Assembly (NCBI GenBank): GCA_002269645.1
Contig: NIVC01001628.1
Span: forward strand, 88,499-152,498
DNA length: 64,000 nucleotides
Direction: 5' to 3'
From: Macrostomum lignano
Lineage: Eukaryota
The notes under the pieces are model-generated. The model was not told the DNA's origin and made no database searches. It saw only the letters and a list, made by a program, of their open reading frames with translations. Every line of letters begins with the position of its first letter. The stretch's first letter is position 1. The position numbers and the translations under genes are program-made. Shown piece by piece: positions 1 through 11,719 of this stretch.

Positions 1-1
1 G

Positions 2-1045
2 GGTCTGCGAGGCGGGACAGGCGGCCAGGCAGAACTGGCGGCTCAGGTCCAGCACGAACTGGGGCGGGCATTTGCTTTTGCACACGTTGCCGACGCGCAC
101 CAGGGAGGTGTTGCTGCTCTGCAGCTTCGAATCGAACGCGTCGAACTTCAGCGAGCCGGGGCAGCTGGCGTGGCAGGAGCCGTTGTAGCTGACGCCCTGA
201 CAGGAGTTGCAGTCCCTGCGGCCGCGGCCGGTGCAGCCGCCGAGGCACTCCGTGTCGCAGCACTCCTCCAGGCCGCTGCGGGTGTCCAGATAGCAGCTGC
301 GGCAGGGCCTGTAGGGGTTGCTGCAGCGGCTCCCCGCCTGGCAGACGCTGGCTGACCAGCACCGGCCTCTGGGACAGTCGGCGCTGCAGCTGCGGGCAGC
401 CTCCGGCGCGGTGCTGCAGGCGTTGCTGCAGTTGCCGACGGAGACGCTGTTGACGGTGCACTCTGCGACGGTCTCGGTGATGAAGCGCTGCTGCTCCGGC
501 GCCTCGAAGATGGCCGCCCAGTCAACGGTAGAGTTCAGGCGGCACAGCAGGCCGGAGTCGACCGTGCCGAAGATGCGGACGTCGTTGCGCAAGATGGCGG
601 TGAGGCTGGGCAGCAGCAGCTCCATGGGGTGGACGCACAGGGCCAGCTCCAGGGCGGGCTCCGTCTGGCTGGCGCCGCCGCCGCGGATGACGCGCAGGCT
701 GGCGAGGCGAACCCGGCGAAGGCTGACCTGCTGGATGACCAGCCGGCCGCTGATCTCGACAATGGAGTCCAGGAAGTCCGTCTCCATGTCCCGGATGCTG
801 TCGTCGAGCAGGCGGCCGGTGGCGCGGTCAACGCCGATCTCCTTCAGCACGAGGTCGCCGTGGATGTACTGGCAGCCGGCCACCATGTCCCGCAGGCTGC
901 TCCTCAGGCCCGGCAGGTCTTCGGGCCCGGCGTAGTCCAGCTGGGTGAGCTCGAGGCCTTTGCAGATCTTGCTGAAGGCCACCTCAGCGAGGCAGGTCGG
1001 GCTGACGGCGGTCAGCAGCAGCAGCAGCAGCGGGGGGCGCAGCAT
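2..1045 (-). CDS. EGFR: EGFR/ErbB-family receptor, 5' partial: signal peptide, receptor L1 domain and furin-like Cys-rich domain; ORF continues beyond position 1
   Basis: Manual translation from ATG at 1045 is open to the window edge: MLRPPLLLLLLTAVSPTCLA signal peptide; L-domain motifs GCQYIHGDLVL, FLDSIVEISGRLVI, LASLRVIRG, LLLPSLTAIL, LC..TVDW..I; Cys-rich CW..CQ, CCDTECLGGC..DCNSC..YNGSCHASCP and VGNVCKSKCPPQFV..CLAACP. The spacing after SCP matches the EGFR dimerisation-arm module rather than InsR. The symbol marks the family; the paralog is unresolved. Missing from the ORF track because the stop is outside the window. Confidence 0.88.
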   Translation of the reverse strand, partial: MLRPPLLLLLLTAVSPTCLAEVAFSKICKGLELTQLDYAGPEDLPGLRSSLRDMVAGCQYIHGDLVLKEIGVDRATGRLLDDSIRDMETDFLDSIVEISGRLVIQQVSLRRVRLASLRVIRGGGASQTEPALELALCVHPMELLLPSLTAILRNDVRIFGTVDSGLLCRLNSTVDWAAIFEAPEQQRFITETVAECTVNSVSVGNCSNACSTAPEAARSCSADCPRGRCWSASVCQAGSRCSNPYRPCRSCYLDTRSGLEECCDTECLGGCTGRGRRDCNSCQGVSYNGSCHASCPGSLKFDAFDSKLQSSNTSLVRVGNVCKSKCPPQFVLDLSRQFCLAACPASQT

Positions 1046-2406
1046 CGCTGAGACTCAGTTGGAGGGCAGCTCAGTCTGCGTGAGTTGAGTAAGGATTTAG
1101 AGCTGTGGGGAGGCCTGAAAACTGAGCTCAGACTGCGGAAGCTGCCCCTATTGAGGCATCCGGGTTGAGGACAATGCGGCCCAGTGCAGTTCTCCCCTTC
1201 TCTTCCCTCCTCCTCTCGCCTGCCTGCCTGCCTGCTTCTCATTAGCGAAGCTGCGTGCTCACTGAGCCGCATCAGTACATCCTCATACTTCATCCTCAGC
1301 TTCCTCCCCCCCATCGCCTGAGAACTAACAAAGAACATAGGCATTAGGGAATCGATTAATGTTTAGAAATTTTCTATAATTAGAAACTCACCTGACCGAG
1401 AGACGGGCAGTCCGTTATTCAATGCTTATTCAGCGCCCAAAGCTGATATTCGCTACTTCGCACCGAGAGAAGGCATTTCAACCTTGGCCAGCTATAAATG
1501 CTGGGCAACCCGGCCCCGGTATCCAGCCCCCCCCCACCCCCTGCCTGCCCAATCAGCATCTGCCGGCCCCAGTGATCGATCCGGCCTCCAGAATCGGGAT
1601 CAGCCGCTGCTGCCTGCTGCCCATTTTTAGTTTGGGGAGGCCAACAAAAACCGACTTGTTCGCCCTCTCCTGGGGGCCTCGGCAATTCTTGTTGCCGCGA
1701 GGGAAGCGGGAATCACGCATTTTACTAGGGGGCTTTCGCTAGTAGGGGGAGATGTAGGCGGGGAGGGGGGCAGATGAGGCCCAGCGGATGCTGCGTGTCG
1801 GACTGGCCAACGAAGCGCACGCAGTTTTTTTTGGAAAAAAAACCGGAACTGGAGAGGAAGAGGCAGCTGGGGGGGGGGGGGGGGGGGCCCCCCCCTCGGG
1901 TTCAACCCCCCCCCCCTCCTAACAGTCGGGTGCGTGCGGCGGCTTCTGCTCCTAGAAGAGCCGCGAACCCCGCTCCCTCCCCAAGCCGGAACCCGAGGAA
2001 CACGAAACAGATTTGCCTCTCAGCTGCTTATCTGCATCAAGCTGCAGAGGTTGTAAAATTGATGCTGTTGCCAAGGCCTCTCTTGCCCTTCTAGGCGAGC
2101 CTTGCCAAATTTAGCAATTAATTAATTGAATCCATTTATGGGATGAATTATTGTTTGCGCAGCGGGGGCGGTGAGCAGCCAGGCGGCTGGCAGGTAGGCT
2201 TTTATCGACATCACTTGGATCCTGGGGCTGGTTGGGAAAAGCAATTATTAAATTGGAGCCCAGGTTTTTATTGCAGGAAATCCCCGTCTGGACGCGACCA
2301 CCCACTGCGAGGTTCGGTGATGCCTTTCACCTTCATCTCCGTTGTCAATTGAGCAGAATTTGCGCTGATTTGAATTCGCGGAAAAATTCGCCCTATACTG
2401 AATAAA

Positions 2407-4667
2407 GGAATAGAATGGATTGCTAATCTAGCCTATGATGGGTGCAAGAATAGAATGGATTGCTAATCTAGCCTATCATGGGTGCAAGAATAGAATGGAT
2501 TGCTAATCTAGCCTATCATGGGTGCAGGAATAGAATGGATTGCTAATCTAGCCTATCATGTGTGCAGGTATAGAATGGATTGCTAATCTAGCCTATCATG
2601 TGTGCAGGTATAGAATGGATTGCTAATCTAGCCTATCATGGATGCAGGAATAGAATGGATTGCTAATCTAGCCTATCATGGGTGCAGGAATAGAATGGAA
2701 TGCTAATCTTGCCTATCATGGGTGCAGGAATAGAATGGATTGCTAATCTTGCCTATCATGGGTGCAGGAATAAAGTGGATTGCTAATCTAGCCTATCATG
2801 AGTGCAGGAATAGAATGGATTGCTAATCTAGCCTATCATGTGTGCAGGAATAGAATGGATTGCTAATCTAGCCTATCATGTGTGCAGGAATAGAATGGAT
2901 TGCTAATCTTGCCTATCATGGGTGCAGGAATAGAATGGATTGCTAATCTAGCCTATCATGGATGCAGGAATAGAATGGATTGCTAATCTAGCCTATCATG
3001 GATGCAGGAATAGAATGGATTGCTAATCTAGCCTATCATGGCTGCAGGAATAGAATGGATTGCTAATCTAGCCTATCATGGATGCAGGAATAGAATGGAT
3101 TGCTAATCTTGCCTATCATGGGTGCAGGAATAAAGTGGATTGCTAATCTAGCCTATCATGAGTGCAGGAATAGAATGGATTGCTAATCTAGCCTATCATG
3201 AGTGCAGGAATAGAATGGAATGCTAATCTTGCCTATCATGGATGCAGGAATAGAATGGATTGCTAATCTAGCCTATCATGGGTGCAGGAATAGAATGGAT
3301 TGCTAATCTAGCCTATCATGTGTGCAGGAATAGAATGGATTGCTAATCTTGCCTATCATGGGTGCAGGAATAAAGTGGATTGCTAATCTAGCCTATCATG
3401 TGTGCAGGAATAGAATGGATTGCTAATCTAGCCTATCATGAGTGCAGGAATAGAATGGATTGTTAATCTAGCCTATCATGGATGCAGGAATAGAATGGAT
3501 TGCTAATCTAGCCTATCATGGGTGCAGGAATAGAATGGATTGCTAATCTAGCCTATCATGGGTGCAGGAATAGAATGGATTGCTAATCTAGCCTATCATG
3601 GGTGCAGGAATAGAATGGATTGCTAATCTAGCCTATCATGAGTGCAGGAATAGAATGGATTGCTAATCTAGCCTATCATGGATGCAGGAATAGAATGGAT
3701 TGCTAATCTAGCCTATCATGGGTGCAGGAATAGAATGGATTGCTAATCTAGCCTATCATGTGTGCAGGTATAGAATGGATTGCTAATCTAGCCTATCATG
3801 TGTGCAGGTATAGAATGGATTGCTAATCTATCCTATCATGGATGCAGGAATAGAATGGATTGCTAATCTAGCCTATCATGGGTGCAGGAATAGAATGGAT
3901 TGCTAATCTAGCCTATCATGGGTGCAGGAATAGAATGGATTGCTAATCTTGCCTATCATGGGTGCAGGAATAAAGTGGATTGCTAATCTAGCCTATCATG
4001 AGTGCAGGAATAGAATGGATTGCTAATCTAGCCTATCATGTGTGCAGGAATAGAATGGATTGCTAATCTAGCCTTTCATGTGTGCAGGAATAGAATGGAT
4101 TGCTAATCTTGCCTATCATGGGTGCAGGAATAGAATGGATTGCTAATCTAGCCTATCATGGATGCAGGAATAGAATGGATTGCTAATCTAGCCTATCATG
4201 GTTGCAGGAATAGAATGGATTGCTAATCTAGCCTATCATGGATGCAGGAATAGAATGGATTGCTAATCTAGCCTATCATGGATGTAGGAATAGAATGGAT
4301 TGCTAATCTTGCCTATCATGTGTGCAGGAATAGAATGGATTGCTAATCTTGCCTATCATGGGTGCAGGAATAGAATGGATTGCTAATCTTGCCTATCATG
4401 GGTGCAGGAATAAAGTGGATTGCTAATCTAGCCTATCATGAGTGCAGGAATAGAATGGATTGCTAATCTAGCCTATCATGTGTGCAGGAATAGAATGGAT
4501 TGCTAATCTTGCCTATCATGGGTGCAGGAATAGAATGGATTGCTAATCTAGCCTATCATGTGTGCAGGAATAGAATGGAATGCTAATCTTGCCTATCATG
4601 GGTGCAGGAATAGAATGGATTGCTAATCTAGCCTATCATGGGTGCAGGAATAGAATGGATTGCTAAT
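2407..4667. repeat. 40-bp tandem satellite, about 56 copies (GAATAGAATGGATTGCTAATCTAGCCTATCATGGGTGCAG)
   Basis: Directly visible 40-nt period with few substitutions. Confidence 0.98.
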
Positions 4668-5124
4668 GATCCTACATTCATGCAGGGTTTAGCCGCACCA
4701 ATTTCGAATCATAAGTTACATAAATTTCCCATACCTTGCTTTTTGCTTCCCAGTTGCCGGGTATCCCTAAATTAAGCTTCCCCAGTTCATCCCGGATCCC
4801 ACCTGACATCAAAGCGGTTCAATTAGTGCAGGCCTGAAGTGGCAGATCCACCTGTGGACTGAAGTTCGCCCCCTGTCTGCCATGAAGCTAGGATAAACAT
4901 CCCGCAAGCTGCAGTCCCAATTACCGGGCAAAGGGATTCGCAGAATAGCAATATTATTTCCCAAGCAAAGCAGACGGAATTTCCAGTGCGCATGAAAGGA
5001 CTTGGACCGAATTTTTGCGTTAGATAAACGAGAAATTCATAGAAAAAATTAAATTATATAATTTTTGTTATTCTGCGTATAGAAACAAGATTGCCACTTT
5101 TAGGGGTTACAGACAGACTGGGGG

Positions 5125-5409
5125 GACTGACTGACAGAGGCTGGGGAGAGGGGATAGTCTGACTGACAGAGGCTGGGGAGAGGGGATAGTCTGACTGACA
5201 GAGGCTGGGGAGAGGGGATAGTCTGACTGACAGAGGCTGGAAGAGGGGATAGTCTGACTGACAGAGGCTGGAAGAGGGGATAGTCTGACTGACAGAGGCT
5301 GGGAGAGGGGATAGTCTGACTGACAGAGGCTGGGGAGAGGGGATAGTCTGACTGACAGAGGCTGGGAGAGGGGATAGTCTGACTGACAGAGGCGGGGAGA
5401 GGGGATAGT
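5125..5409. repeat. 31-32-bp minisatellite, about 9 copies (GACTGACAGAGGCTGGGGAGAGGGGATAGTCT)
   Basis: Visible tandem period. Confidence 0.95.
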
Positions 5410-6279
5410 GTGAAATCTACCCACAAAATTCTCATCCAGCCTTTTCCAAGCAAATATTTATCATCGAAAGAAGATACTCAAGCCCAGACTCTCCGCTCCA
5501 TCTGGCAGGATGAAGACATCGGCTTCCGCCACAAGTGGCAATCAAAATGGAGGCCGCCGTTGCACAAGCGCAGAAGTTCTCGGGGTAAACAGAGCCGTCT
5601 TCCTCCGCTGCAGACTCCACCCAGAATCCCACAGGCTTAGATTAGGCACAAGAAAAAAGCTGGGTGGAGCTCGGCTTATCCATCATCATCCCTCAATTCT
5701 GCACTCGCTTATTTCCAGCCCCATCCAGATTCGCCGTGCGCAATATCCAGCTGGCACAAAAGCAATGGAAGAAGGCAGTAAAAAACACGCCACAGCCCCA
5801 GCCTCCCTGTTGCTATCCAGTTGCCATGCGCGGAGGCTGCATGTGTTCCTCATCTTCGATCCTCGTCCACTTAGCCGGGAATGGGCCAGCATTCGGTGGC
5901 GAGAGAAGGTCAGGAATTCGGTGCGTAGCAAATGGCCCGGCCGCCCCCCCCCCTCAAAAATGCAGCCGCCAGTCCTCGGGGGAACAAGGCGTAAAAGCGC
6001 GCCGATTCAAATCAGATTACGGCCATCGGTTTCGGGGATAATATCGTCGCATTTTTTTCTGAGTGCCGCTGCAATGCGCAGGCGGCTTCGCTTTGTAATT
6101 TTTAATTAGATTGCGGCCTGACATCATTTAAAGCGGCGCTTTTATGATCCCCGCTTCACTGGACACTGATTCGGGCACGCAAAATGCCCGGTCCGCTGGG
6201 AGCTTCTGCCTCACATTCCGGCTTGGTATTTGGGGTCCAGGGTGCTCAGAGCTCGGACTCGGCTTGGAGATTTGAGTTT

Positions 6280-6367
6280 GGAATGTGCAGTTCCTGGTTG
6301 GGAATGTGAAGTTTCAGCTTTGGAATGTGCAGTTCCTGGTTGGGAATGTGAAGTTTCAGCTTTGGAA
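6280..6367. repeat. Left part of a 21/42-bp minisatellite (GGAATGTGCAGTTCCTGGTTG / GGAATGTGAAGTTTCAGCTTT) split by a Helitron
   Basis: The array stops at ...TTTGGAA (6367) and resumes in exact phase with TGTGCAG at 10128. Confidence 0.92.
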
Positions 6368-6509
6368 CTAGCAATCTTCGCCCCCCGATGGGGGGCATCT
6401 AGATAGAATCTCTGGCACTCTACAAGTATCAAAAAGACGGCCAAATAAAGCCTTCACATAGACAATAGAAAAACTGCTCAAATGAAGTGCAATGCAAAAA
6501 AATATCCCA

Positions 6510-7870
6510 GGACAGCAAGCAACCCCCCAGATAGCAAGCACCCCCAGATAGCAAGCATCCACCTAATAGCAAGCACCCTTAGATAGCAAGCATCCCCAGA
6601 TAGCAAGCACCCTTGGATAGCAAGGCAAGCATCTCCAGATAGCAAGCACCCCCAGATAGCGAGCACCCCAGATAGCAAGCATCCACCTAATAGCAAGCAC
6701 CCCAAGATAGCAAGCATCCACCTAATAGCAAGCACCCTTAGATAGCAAGCACCCCCAGATAGCAAGCACCCCCAGATAGCAAGCACCCCAAGTAGCAAGC
6801 ATCTCTAGATAGCAAGCACCCCCAGATAGCAGGCACCCCAGATAGCAAGCATCCACCTAATAGCAAGCACCCCAAGATAGCAAGCATCCACCTAATAGCA
6901 AGCACCCTTAGATAGCAAGCACCCCCAGATAGCAAGCACCCCCAGATAGCAAGCATCTCCAGATAGCAAGCACCCCCAGATAGCAAGCATCCACCTAATA
7001 GCAAGCACCCCCAGATAGCAAGCATCCACCTAATAGCAAGCACCCCCAGATAGCAAGCATCCACCTAATAGCAAGCACCCCCAGATAGCAAGCATCCACC
7101 TAATAGCAAGCACCCCAAGATAGCAAGCATCCACCTAATAGCAAGCACCCTTAGATAGCAAGCACCCCCAGATAGCAAGCACCCCCAGATAGCAAGCATC
7201 TCCAGATAGCAAGCACCCCCAGATAGCAAGCATCCACCTAATAGCAAGCACCCCCAGATAGCAAGCATCCACCTAATAGCAAGCACCCCCAGATAGCAAG
7301 CATCCACCTAATAGCAAGCACCCCCAGATAGCAAGCACCCCCAGATAGCAAGCACCCCCAGATAGCAAGCACCCCCAGATAGCAAGCATCTCTAGATAGC
7401 AAGCACCCCCAGATAGCAGGCACCCCAGATAGCAAGCATCCACCTAATAGCAAGCACCCCCAGATAGCAAGCATCTCCAGATAGCAAGCACCCCCAGATA
7501 GCAGGCACCCCAGATAGCAAGCATCCACCTAATAGCAAGCACCCCCAGATAGCAAGCACCCCCAGATAGCAAGAACCCCCAGATAGCAGGCACCCCAGAT
7601 AGCAAGCATCCACCTAATAGCAAGCACCCCCAGATAGCAAGCACCCCCAGATAGCAAGCACCCCCAGATAGCAAGCACCCCCAGATAGCACGCATCTCCA
7701 GATAGCAAGCACTCCAAGATAGCAGGCACCCCAGATAGCAAGCATCCACCTAATAGCAAGCACCCCCAGATAGCTAGAACCCCCAAGATAGCAAGCATCC
7801 CCCAGATAGCAAGCACCCACAGATAGCACGCATCTCCAGATAGCAAGCACTCCAAGATAGTAGGCACCCC
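6510..7870. repeat. 17-18-bp minisatellite (AGATAGCAAGCACCCCC and variants) inside the Helitron
   Basis: Visible tandem period with interspersed variant units. Confidence 0.97.
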
Positions 7871-9530
7871 ATTTATGTTTGACATGGTAGCTGTTTTGTG
7901 TCTGACATGGTGGCTCTTTAATGTTTGAGCTGGTGGCTCTTTTATGTTTGACATGGTGGCACTTTAATGTCTGAAATGGAGTCATGTATACGCTTGACAT
8001 GGTGACTCGTAGATGTTTGACAAAGTGGCTCTTTTATGTTCGACATGTGGCTCTTTAATGTTTGACATGGTGGCTCTTTAATGTTTGACATGGTGGCTCT
8101 TTAATGTTTGACATGGTGGGTCTTTAATTTATGACATGGTGGCTCTTTTATGTTTGACATGATGGCTCTTTAATGTTCGACATGGTGGCTCTTTAATGTT
8201 TGTTATGTAGTCATATGTATATGTTTTACATGGTGGCTCTTTTATGTGTGACATGGAGTCACGTATATATTTGACATGGAGTCACATATGTTTGACATGG
8301 TGGCTCTTTAGTGTTCGATATGGTGGCTCTTTAATGTTTGACATGGTGGCTCTTTTATGTTTGACATAGTGGCTCTTTAATGTCTGACATGGTGGCTCTT
8401 TAATGTTTGACATGGTGGCTCTTTTATGTTTGACATGATGGCTCTTTAATGTTCGACATGGTGGGCTGTTTAATGTTTGTTATGTAGTCATATGTATATG
8501 TTTTACATGGTGGCCCTTTTATGTGTGACATGGAGGCACGTATATATTCGACATGGAGTCACATATGTTTGACATGGTGGCTCTTTAGTGTTCGATATGG
8601 TGGCTCTTTAATGTTTGACATGGTGGCTCTTTAATGTCTGACATGGTGGCTCTTTAATGTTTGACATGGTGGCTCTTTTATGTTCGACATGTTGGCTCTT
8701 TAGTGTTTGACATGGCTCTTTAATGTTTGACATGGTGGCTCTTTTATGCTTGACATGGTGGCTCTTTAATGTTCGACATGGTGGCTCTTTAATGTTTGAC
8801 ATGGTGGCTCTTTTATGCTTGACATGGTGGCTCTTTTATGTTCGACATGGTGGCTCTTTTTTGTTCTACATGGTGGCTCTTTTATGTTTGATACGGTGGC
8901 TTTTTAATATCTGACATTGTGGCTCTTTTATGTTTGACATGGTGGCTCTTTAATGTTTGACATGGTGGCTCTTTTATGTTCGACATGGTGGCTCTTTTAG
9001 GTTTGACATGGTAGCTCTTTTATGTTCGACATGGTGGCTCTTTTAGGTTTGACATGGTGGCTCTTTTAGGTTTGACATGGTAGCTCTTTTATGTTCGACA
9101 TGGTGGCTCTTAAATGTTTCACATGATGGCTCTTAAATGTCTTACATGGTGGCTCTTTTATGTTTGACAATGTGGCTCTTTAATGTTTTACATGGCGGCT
9201 CTTTTATGTTCGAAATGGTGGCTCTTTAATGTTCGACATGGTGGCTCTTTAATGTTTGACATGCTAGCTCTTTAATGTTCGACATAGTGGCTCTTTTATG
9301 TTTGGCATGGTGGCTCTTTAATGTTCTTCATGGTGGCTCTTTTACGTTTGACATGGTGGCACTTTAATGTTCGACGTGGTGGCTCTTTAATGTTCGAAAT
9401 GGTGACTCTTTAATGTTTCACATGGTGGCTCTTTAATGTTTGACATAGAGTCACGTATTTGTTTTACATGGTGCCCATGTAATGTTTGACATGGTGCCTC
9501 TTTTATGTTTGACATTGTGCTTTTTTATGT
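7871..9530. repeat. 23-bp minisatellite (TTTGACATGGTGGCTCTTTAATG) inside the Helitron
   Basis: Visible tandem period, degenerating at both ends. Confidence 0.96.
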
Positions 9531-10127
9531 TTAGCAGTTTCGTGTTTTCAAGGTGTTTTATAAAAAAATTATTTTGCACTACTAAGATTCGAACCCAGGT
9601 CGCTACGTTGGCAGTCCAGTCTGTTCGTATCTAGGCTATCTCTTTTCAATTGGAGTACATGAATTGTGGCCCTTATAATTAAATTCTTACAGCAAGTCAA
9701 TTGGGGTAAAAAGTTATGACATAATCAATTTCTCAGTCAGCCAGTATCAGTCTCAGTTCAAGTTAGCAACATTGGTTACGCAATTTTAATCAAGTCGTGT
9801 GTGCATTTCTTCGGCACTGTTTTCAACTTGTTGTGATGCAATCTTTATCACAATCGGAATTCAGCCAGTCAGTTTTTTTCTCTAGCATTCTTACAATGAA
9901 TTTTAGGTCGAAAGAGCTGCTTGACCTTTGCAAAAAAGCATGTTTTTCGAATATTTAATCCCTTTATCATTGAGCAATTTTTTAGCCAAGATGCATGTAC
10001 CGTCCCAGGAAAATTTCTGATCGAATGGTGCAAGTTTGAAGAAAATCGGTTGAGCCATTTTTTCTGAAATCTATCGCATACCTACCCACATACAGACAAC
10101 TCATTTTTAGTATATAGGAAGGAAGGA

Positions 10128-10507
10128 TGTGCAGTTCCTGGTTGGGAATGTGAAGTTTCAGCTTTGGAATGTGCAGTTCCTGGTTGGGAATGTGAAGTTT
10201 CAGCATTGGAATGTGCAGTACTTGGTTGGGAATGTGAAGTTTCAGGTTTGGAATGTGCAGTTTCAGGTTTGGAATGTGCAGCTTCGGGTTTGGAATGTGC
10301 AGTTTCAGGTTTGGAATGTGCAGTTTCAGGTTTGGAATGTGCAGCTTCGGGTTTGGAATGTGCAGTTTCAGGTTTGGAATGTGCAGTTTCAGGTTTGGAA
10401 TGTGCAGTTTCAGGTTTGGAATGTGCAGCTTCGGGTTTGGAATGTGGAGCCTCCGGTTTGGAATGTGAATTTTCGGTTTCGGAATGTACAGTTTCGAGTT
10501 TGGAATT
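10128..10507. repeat. Right part of the 21-bp GGAATGTGCAG minisatellite
   Basis: Continuation of 6280-6367; about 18 units. Confidence 0.95.
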
Positions 10508-11358
10508 AGCAAAATAGCAAAAACTAAAACTAAAACGGAAAATGTTTTTTAAGATACAAACGTGAGTGTAAATAATATTGAGATAGTATGATATAATTTA
10601 ATAAAGTTTTAATCTTTGAATTTATTTAAATATCTGTATTTGACGGCCATAGCCTCTATCAGATAGCATTACTGAGATAATATAAAGAGTAATAACAACA
10701 CAGTAATAATAATACTACTCGGACTGCAGTCAGTACTGCGGTGCTAACACAGACCAATGACAACACAACGCTCATCTGCATAACGCAAGCAGCCAGCGCC
10801 GCGACAGCACACGATTGGGCGGGGCTCAAAGGTGCTCAGAAGATGACTAGATAAGGTTGAACAGCGGATCACGTGACCGAGGCTGAACTGCAGGTGCAGG
10901 GAAAGACGAAAGCGACAGGAGAAGTCAGACAAACAGAAGAGGACAGTTGAAGCACAGAGGGGCGGCTTGTCGGGTGGAGCCTGAGGGCTGCAGACTGACA
11001 CAATACTTTTATTCCCACTACTGAGCTGATTCAATTGAAATTGAATGAAGAAAATTTCTGTAAGACAAAATCTGCGTGCCCTACTTGAAGTAGTCAGCAG
11101 TGATGAGTTAAATCAGACGCGAATTAGGGCGAAAAATAAAAACTAAATCTTTAACAAATGATCGCACGATGAAGTGCGGATTTTTCCTACTGGGAGATCA
11201 GCTGGACCAAGTGCGAAAAGCTTTGTTGCTGGGTATTATAGCAACTGGGAGGCAAAGGGGATAGCGGGAAAACCAAAGGGGGAGATGGAGATGTAGAGTT
11301 ATAGAAACTGAGAGGTAGATAGCGACTGGTAAACAGAGAAGGGATTTTGGCGGCGACA

Positions 11359-11620
11359 GGGGTAGACAGAGGAGGGTAGACAGTGGATATAGGCAGAGAG
11401 GTAGACATGTAGGGGTAGACAGAGGAGGGTAGACAGAGGAGGGTAGACAGAGGAGGGTAGACAGGAGGGTAGACAGAGGAGGGTAGACTGGGGGTAGACA
11501 GAGGGTAGACAGAGGAGGTTAGACAGTGGGGTAGACAGGAGGGTAGACTGGGGGTAGACAGAGGAGGGTAGACAGTGAGAGGTAGACAGCAAGGGGTAGA
11601 CAATCGACGGTAGACAGTGA
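11359..11620. repeat. About 15-bp minisatellite (GGGTAGACAGAGGAG)
   Basis: Visible tandem period. Confidence 0.9.
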
Positions 11621-11719
11621 GAGATACAGGGGAGAAAAGGGGAAGGAGAAGGTGAAGCGCAGAAACAGGAAGTCCCTAAGCTTGCAGGTGTGCATTTATA
11701 CATCAAAAATGTTAGAAGT

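Larger units (their letters stand above)
6368..10127 (-). mobile_element. Non-autonomous Helitron, 3760 bp, carrying two minisatellite arrays
   Basis: On the minus strand it starts A|TCCTTCCTTCCTATATACTAAAAATGAGTTGTCTGTATGT (10127) and ends with the hairpin GCCCCCC-ATC-GGGGGGC (6380-6396), an 8-nt spacer and CTAG|T (6368). There is no TSD, and removing it rejoins GGAA^TGTGCAG of the host array. These are the canonical Helitron hallmarks. No Rep/helicase ORF. Confidence 0.9.

Noticed and set aside
1485-1560. TATA (TATAAA) and CCAAT boxes as the EGFR promoter
   Set aside because: The TATA is oriented on the plus strand, away from the gene, and no plus-strand gene follows. Unsupported without TSS data.
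2407-4667. CRISPR-like array
   Set aside because: The units are contiguous with no unique spacers, there are no cas genes and the context is eukaryotic. The same applies to all other arrays.
5410-6109. Possible coding exon or upstream EGFR exon
   Set aside because: Short ORFs in several frames with no recognisable domain and no convincing splice-phase link.
9578-9637. tRNA gene
   Set aside because: Only box A/B-like motifs are present; no acceptor stem or full cloverleaf could be drawn. The same applies to the box-B fragment near 42074.
10770-10880. Promoter-like CCAAT, GC-box and E-box cluster
   Set aside because: No adjacent gene start. It lies downstream of the orphan gene and the motifs are short enough to be chance.
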